DNA from: an uncultured Hormoscilla sp.
GTDB taxonomy: Bacteria > Cyanobacteriota > Cyanobacteriia > Cyanobacteriales > Desertifilaceae
Length of the DNA: 51,687 nt
Assembly: GCA_963921275.4 (NCBI GenBank)
Contig: CAWUFA030000004.1
Span: 1-51,687 of the forward strand
Reading direction: 5' to 3'
A program made the translations under genes and the position numbers. Below the pieces are notes generated by a model. It was not told the DNA's origin, made no database searches, and saw only the letters and a program-made list of their open reading frames with translations. Each line of letters opens with the position of its first letter. Within the stretch, counting starts at the first letter, position 1. This document shows, piece after piece, positions 44,101 to 51,687 of this stretch.

Positions 44101-47100
44101 CCTGGGAATACCGAGTGTTGTAGGCTTTTGCTTGAATGTTTTTTTTTTCAAAACAAGCGCGCCAACTTGTGACGAAAGTTGCGTTTTGGCACTCGAAATC
44201 AAACCGCAAGCAGAAGAGCGTTCAAAGGCAATAAAGCGGCTGCTCGACGATTGTTGGGCATTCTATTTGAATAAGGTAAGTTGAGCGCTATGAAGTGCTG
44301 TTTTTTTCAAAAATAAAGGACGAGCTGCGAGAACCTATCTCAAAAGCTCCTTAAAGATATATATCTAGAATATCAACGTGTGGTGATGGTGCGTGCGTGC
44401 ACGCATTGTTTAACCCTTTGAGGATCATAATATTCTAATTTATAAAATTTGAGACAATTCCTTTATTGTTTGGAAACAACAAAGTTACAATGAATTTCAG
44501 AAAAATGGTTATTACGTCATAATGATATAAGATGTAACAATCATGTAACATATGTGTTACATTATCCCTCAAAGGGTTAAGAAAGAGAGGGGGAACGGCG
44601 GTGTTGATTCGTACTTGGAAATCGCTTCTCGGCTCTCAAGAGCTAAGATCAAGTGTAGTATCTGTTCTTCTCAGTTTAATACCTGGGACGGCCAGCATCG
44701 CTGGGCCCTTGTATTAATCGTATGTTTGAACAGAGGGTGACGATTGAAAGCTTGCTTTGTCGCACCCACGGGTTGTCCCGGTATTGCAGTACCTCCGGGC
44801 TCGGCCCACACCCGCCACTGGCGGGTTTGCTTGTTGTTTCATTTCAATCTCGATTGATTCAATAGTGATTTTCTTGCATCTTTTCTTTTGCATTTCAAAA
44901 CGACGACGATTGCTTGCTGGTCGTCATTCTAGAGCCAGCCTTCAAATTTCAAAAGCGCTCGAGCGAGGGCCTTCAGGAAAATCATGCTCTCCCCTTACCA
45001 AGCGCTCGAGCAAGCCAGCAAGCAAAAGTAACCACAGGTGTGCCACTGAAGCGCTTCAATCAGGCTCGTGGCAAGCGCGCAAAAACTCATACTTACCTGA
45101 CGAGGGTCTTCACCGTGATCACGTAGGCGGTGGGCCCAGGGCGAGGCCCGACCATTGCACTTCGGCCGGGTTGACCCCCGCGATTATCTCAAATGTGGAT
45201 AACTCGGTCGTAGAATTTCTGTTGGTGGGGACTGCGTTCGCGCTATCCCTTAATTGTCGTCGCTTTTAATCGCTGCCCACACTTTGCCAGCCAGCTTATC
45301 AGTTCGTTTCGAGTCGATTTTGCAAAAGAACTAGCTCATAGGCAAGCTGCTTCGCTTAAAAAGCTCGTTTTCGCAAAACGCTATCGCCTACGACCATACC
45401 ACGTTGAACGCACCCCATCTCGTCCGATCTGGGAAGTTAAGCAACGTCGAGCTCGGTTAGTACTTGGATGGGTGACCGCCTGGGAATACCGAGTGTTGTA
45501 GGCTTTTGCTTGAATGTTTTTTTTTTCAAAACAAGCGCGCCAACTTGTGACGAAAGTTGCGTTTTGGCACTCGAAATCAAACCGCAAGCAGAAGAGCGTT
45601 CAAAGGCAATAAAGCGGCTGCTCGACGATTGTTGGGCATTCTATTTGAATAAGGTAAGTTGAGCGCTATGAAGTGCTGTTTTTTTCAAAAATAAAGGACG
45701 AGCTGCGAGAACCTATCTCAAAAGCTCCTTAAAGATATATATCTAGAATATCAACGTGTGGTGATGGTGCGTGCGTGCACGCATTGTTTAACCCTTTGAG
45801 GATCATAATATTCTAATTTATAAAATTTGAGACAATTCCTTTATTGTTTGGAAACAACAAAGTTACAATGAATTTCAGAAAAATGGTTATTACGTCATAA
45901 TGATATAAGATGTAACAATCATGTAACATATGTGTTACATTATCCCTCAAAGGGTTAAGAAAGAGAGGGGGAACGGCGGTGTTGATTCGTACTTGGAAAT
46001 CGCTTCTCGGCTCTCAAGAGCTAAGATCAAGTGTAGTATCTGTTCTTCTCAGTTTAATACCTGGGACGGCCAGCATCGCTGGGCCCTTGTATTAATCGTA
46101 TGTTTGAACAGAGGGTGACGATTGAAAGCTTGCTTTGTCGCACCCACGGGTTGTCCCGGTATTGCAGTACCTCCGGGCTCGGCCCACACCCCCCACTGGC
46201 GGGTTTGCTTGTTGTTTCATTTCAATCTCGATTGATTCAATAGTGATTTTCTTGCATCTTTTCTTTTGCATTTCAAAACGACGACGATTGCTTGCTGGTC
46301 GTCATTCTAGAGCCAGCCTTCAAATTTCAAAAGCGCTCGAGCGAGGGCCTTCAGGAAAATCATGCTCTCCCCTTACCAAGCGCTCGAGCAAGCCAGCAAG
46401 CAAAAGTAACCACAGGTGTGCCACTGAAGCGCTTCAATCAGGCTCGTGGCAAGCGCGCAAAAACTCATACTTACCTGACGAGGGTCTTCACCGTGATCAC
46501 GTAGGCGGTGGGCCCAGGGCGAGGCCCGATCATTGCACTTCGGCCGGGTTGACCCCCGCGATTATCTCAAATGTGGATAACTCGGTCGTAGAATTTCTGT
46601 TGGTGGGGACTGCGTTCGCGCTATCCCTTAATTGTCGTCGCTTTTAATCGCTGCCCACACTTTGCCAGCCAGCTTATCAGTTCGTTTCGAGTCGATTTTG
46701 CAAAAGAACTAGCTCATAGGCAAGCTGCTTCGCTTAAAAAGCTCGTTTTCGCAAAACGCTATCGCCTACGACCATACCACGTTGAACGCACCCCATCTCG
46801 TCCGATCTGGGAAGTTAAGCAACGTCGGGCTCGGTTAGTACTTGGATGGGTGACCGCCTGGGAATACCGAGTGTTGTAGGCTTTTGCTTGAATGTTTTTT
46901 TTTCAAAACAAGCGCGCCAACTTGTGACGAAAGTTGCGTTTTGGCACTCGAAATCAAACCGCAAGCAGAAGAGCGTTCAAAGGCAATAAAGCGGCTGCTC
47001 GACGATTGTTGGGCATTCTATTTGAATAAGGTAAGTTGAGCGCTATGAAGTGCTGTTTTTTTCAAAAATAAAGGACGAGCTGCGAGAACCTATCTCAAAA

Positions 47101-50100
47101 GCTCCTTAAAGATATATATCTAGAATATCAACGTGTGGTGATGGTGCGTGCGTGCACGCATTGTTTAACCCTTTGAGGATCATAATATTCTAATTTATAA
47201 AATTTGAGACAATTCCTTTATTGTTTGGAAACAACAAAGTTACAATGAATTTCAGAAAAATGGTTATTACGTCATAATGATATAAGATGTAACAATCATG
47301 TAACATATGTGTTACATTATCCCTCAAAGGGTTAAGAAAGAGAGGGGAACGGCGGTGTTGATTCGTACTTGGAAATCGCTTCTCGGCTCTCAAGAGCTAA
47401 GATCAAGTGTAGTATCTGTTCTTCTCAGTTTAATACCTGGGACGGCCAGCATCGCTGGGCCCTTGTATTAATCGTATGTTTGAACAGAGGGTGACGATTG
47501 AAAGCTTGCTTTGTCGCACCCACGGGTTGTCCCGGTATTGCAGTACCTCCGGGCTCGGCCCACACCCGCCACTGGCGGGTTTGCTTGTTGTTTCATTTCA
47601 ATCTCGATTGATTCAATAGTGATTTTCTTGCATCTTTTCTTTTGCATTTCAAAACGACGACGATTGCTTGCTGGTCGTCATTCTAGAGCCAGCCTTCAAA
47701 TTTCAAAAGCGCTCGAGCGAGGGCCTTCAGGAAAATCATGCTCTCCCCTTACCAAGCGCTCGAGCAAGCCAGCAAGCAAAAGTAACCACAGGTGTGCCAC
47801 TGAAGCGCTTCAATCAGGCTCGTGGCAAGCGCGCAAAAACTCATACTTACCTGACGAGGGTCTTCACCGTGATCACGTAGGCGGTGGGCCCAGGGCGAGG
47901 CCCGACCATTGCACTTCGGCCGGGTTGACCCCCGCGATTATCTCAAATGTGGATAACTCGGTCGTAGAATTTCTGTTGGTGGGGACTGCGTTCGCGCTAT
48001 CCCTTAATTGTCGTCGCTTTTAATCGCTGCCCACACTTTGCCAGCCAGCTTATCAGTTCGTTTCGAGTCGATTTTGCAAAAGAACTAGCTCATAGGCAAG
48101 CTGCTTCGCTTAAAAAGCTCGTTTTCGCAAAACGCTATCGCCTACGACCATACCACGTTGAACGACACCCCATCTCGTCCGATCTGGGAAGTTAAGCAAC
48201 GTCGGGCTCGGTTAGTAACTTGGATGGGTGACCGCCTGGGAATACCGAGTGTTGTAGGCTTTTGCTTGAATGTTTTTTTTTTCAAAACAAGCGCGCCAAC
48301 TTGTGACGAAAGTTGCGTTTTTGGCACTCGAAATCAAACCGCAAGCAGAAGAGCGTTCAAAGGCAATAAAGCGGCTGCTCGACGATTGTTGGGCATTCTA
48401 TTTGAATAAGGTAAGTTGAAGCGCTATGAAGTGCTGTTTTTTTCAAAAATAAAGGACGAGCTGCGAGAACCTATCTCAAAAGCTCCTTAAAGATATATAT
48501 CTAGAATATCAACGTGTGGTGATGGTGCGTGCGTGCACGCATTGTTTAACCCTTTGAGGATCATAATATTCTAATTTATAAAATTTGAGACAATTCCTTT
48601 ATTGTTTGGAAACAACAAAGTTACAATGAATTTCAGAAAAATGGTTATTACGTCATAATGATATAAGATTGTAACAATCATGTAACATATGTGTTACATT
48701 ATCCCTCAAAGGGTTAAGAAAGAGAGGGGGAACGGCGGTGTTGATTCGTACTTGGAAATCGCTTCTCGGCTCTCAAGAGCTAAGATCAAGTGTAGTATCT
48801 GTTCTTCTCAGTTTAATACCTGGGACGGCCAGCATCGCTGGGCCCTTGTATTAATCGTATGTTTGAACAGAGGGTGACGATTGAAAGCCTGGCTTTGTCG
48901 CACCCACGGGTTGTCCCGGTATTGCAGTACCTCCGGGCTCGGCCCACACCCGCCACTGGCGGGTTTGCTTGTTGTTTCATTTCAATCTCGATTGATTCAA
49001 TAGTGATTTTCTTGCATCTTTTCTTTTGCATTTCAAAACGACGACGATTGCTTGCTGGTCGTCATTCTAGAGCCAGCCTTCAAATTTCAAAAGCGCTCGA
49101 GCGAGGGCCTTCAGGAAAATCATGCTCTCCCCTACCAAGCGCTCGAGCAAGCCAGCAAGCAAAAGTAACCACAGGTGTGCCACTGAAGCGCTTCAATCAG
49201 GCTCGTGGCAAGCGCGCAAAAACTCATACTTACCTGACGAGGGTCTTCACCGTGATCACGTAGGCGGTGGGCCCAGGGCGAGGCCCGACCATTGCACTTC
49301 GGCCGGGTTGACCCCCGCGATTATCTCAAATGTGGATAACTCGGTCGTAGAATTTCTGTTGGTGGGGACTGCGTTCGCGCTATCCCTTAATTGTCGTCGC
49401 TTTTAATCGCTGCCCACACTTTGCCAGCCAGCTTATCAGTTCGTTTTGAGGCGATTTTGCAAAAGAACTAGCTCATAGGCAAGCTGCTTCGCTTAAAAGC
49501 TCGTTTTCGCAAACGCTATCGCCTACGACCATACCACGTTGAACGCACCCCATCTCGTCCGATCTGGGAAGTTAAGCAACGTCGAGCTCGGTTAGTACTT
49601 GGATGGGTGACCGCCTGGAATACCGAGTGTTGTAGGCTTTTGCTTGAATGTTTTTTTTTTCAAAACAAGCGCGCCAACTTGTGGACGAAAGTTGCGTTTT
49701 GGCACTCGAAATCAAACCGCAAGCAGAAGAGCGTTCAAAGGCAATAAGCGGCTGCTCGACGATTGTTGGGCATTCTATTTGAATAAGGTAAGTTGAGCGC
49801 TATGAAGTGCTGTTTTTTTCAAAAATAAAGGACGAGCTGCGAGAACCTATCTCAAAAGCTCCTTAAAGATATATATCTAGAATATCAACGTGTGGTGATG
49901 GTGCGTGCGTGCACGCATTGTTTAACCCTTTGAGGATCATAATATTCTAATTTATAAAATTTGAGACAATTCCTTTATTGTTTGGAAACAACAAAGTTAC
50001 AATGAATTTCAGAAAAATGGTTATTACGTCATAATGATATAAGATGTAACATATGTGTTACATTATCCCTCAAAGGGTTAAGAAAGAGAGGGGGAACGGC

Positions 50101-51687
50101 GGTGTTGATTCGTACTTGGAAATCGCTTCTCGGCTCTCAAGAGCTAAGATCAAGTGTAGTATCTGTTCTTCTCAGTTTAATACCTGGGACGGCCAGCATC
50201 GCTGGGCCCTTGTATTAATCGTATGTTTGAACAGAGGGTGACGATTGAAAGCTTGCTTTGTCGCACCCACGGGTTGTTCCCGGTATTGCAGTACCTCCGG
50301 GCTCGGCCCACACCCGCACTGGCGGGTTTTGCTTGTTGTTTCATTTCAATCTCGATTGATTCAATAGTGATTTTCTTGCATCTTTTCTTTTGCATTTCAA
50401 AACGACGACGATTGCTTGCTGGTCGTCATTCTAGAGCCAGCCTTCAAATTTCAAAAGCGCTCGAGCGAGGGCCTTCAGGAAAATCATGCTCTCCCCTTAC
50501 CAAGCGCTCGAGCAAGCCAGCAAGCAAAAGTAACCACAGGTGTGCCACTGAAGCGCTTCAATCAGGCTCGTGGCAAGCGCGCAAAAACTCATACTTACCT
50601 GACGAGGGTCTTCACCGTGATCACGTAGGCGGTGGGCCCAGGGCGAGGCCCGACCATTGCACTTCGGCCGGGTTGACCCCCGCGATTATCTCAAATGTGG
50701 ATAACTCGGTCGTAGAATTTCTGTTGGTGGGGACTGCGTTCGCGCTATCCCTTAATTGTCGTCGCTTTTAATCGCTGCCCACACTTTGCCAGCCAGCTTA
50801 TCAGTTCGTTTCGAGTCGATTTTGCAAAAGAACTAGCTCATAGGCAAGCTGCTTCGCTTAAAAAGCTCGTTTTCGCAAAACGCTATCGCCTACGACCATA
50901 CCACGTTGAACGCACCCCATCTCGTCCGATCTGGGAAGTTAAGCAACGTCGAGCTCGGTTAGTACTTGGATGGGTGACCGCCTGGGAATACCGAGTGTTG
51001 TAGGCTTTTGCTTGAATGTTTTTTTTTTCAAAACAAGCGCGCCAACTTGTGACGAAAGTTGCGTTTTGGCACTCGAAATCAAACCGCAAGCAGAAGAGCG
51101 TTCAAAGGCAATAAAGCGGCTGCTCGACGATTGTTGGGCATTCTATTTGAATAAGGTAAGTTGAGCGCTATGAAGTGCTGTTTTTTTCAAAAATAAAGGA
51201 CGAGCTGCGAGAACCTATCTCAAAAGCTCCTTAAAGATATATATCTAGAATATCAACGTGTGGTGATGGTGCGTGCGTGCACGCATTGTTTAACCCTTTG
51301 AGGATCATAATATTCTAATTTATAAAATTTGAGACAATTCCTTTATTGTTTGGAAACAACAAAGTTACAATGAATTTCAGAAAAATGGTTATTACGTCAT
51401 AATGATATAAGATGTAACAATCATGTAACATATGTGTTACATTATCCCTCAAAGGGTTAAGAAAGAGAGGGGGAACGGCGGTGTTGATTCGTACTTGGAA
51501 ATCGCTTCTCGGCTCTCAAGAGCTAAGATCAAGTGTAGTATCTGTTCTTCTCAGTTTAATACCTGGGACGGCCAGCATCGCTGGGCCCTTGTATTAATCG
51601 TATGTTTGAACAGAGGGTGACGATTGAAAGCTTGCTTTGTCGCACCCACGGGTTGTCCCGGTATTGCAGTACCTCCAGGCTCGGCCC
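41054..51687 (+). repeat. Tandem array, right arm (about 7.7 units), in the same orientation and register as the left arm
   Basis: The same 1378/1367-bp unit continues. It shows more SNPs, and scattered 1-bp indels beyond ~46900. Confidence 0.99.

Noticed and set aside
46900..50340. Scattered 1-bp indels in 5S, SL, U2 and spacers as real pseudogenisation
   Set aside because: They are private, mostly homopolymer-adjacent and clustered toward the window end, which fits low-coverage long-read error better. This cannot be settled without reads.
1..51687. CRISPR-like or prokaryotic interpretation of the regular repeats
   Set aside because: Units are 1.4 kb with no unique spacers, and the content is eukaryotic snRNA, 5S and SL genes.

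Overview
Eukaryotic (animal) DNA, most likely from an ascidian tunicate because the unit carries the exact 16-nt Ciona-type spliced leader. The window is a highly homogenised tandem array of a 1378-bp unit (1367-bp variant in four units). Each unit holds four co-oriented small-RNA genes: U1 snRNA, 5S rRNA, SL RNA and U2 snRNA. It also holds a 163-bp TTAA-flanked piggyBac-like MITE just upstream of U2. There are about 26 units. One U1 gene is split by a complete, apparently intact 15,905-bp Polinton/Maverick (25149-41053) with AGTAGT...ACTACT termini, ~590-bp TIRs and a 6-bp target-site duplication (TSD) CCCGCG equal to U1 nt 89-94. The element encodes an unknown protein, a BIR-RING IAP, an adenain-like protease, major and minor capsid proteins, a chromodomain integrase, a packaging ATPase and small core-like and membrane proteins. 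It also encodes a spliced zinc-finger protein and a protein-primed PolB that I reconstruct as a 4-exon gene with an N-terminal zinc-finger module. A decayed LINE fragment is nested inside the element. All ORFs called in the RNA-gene array are spurious.
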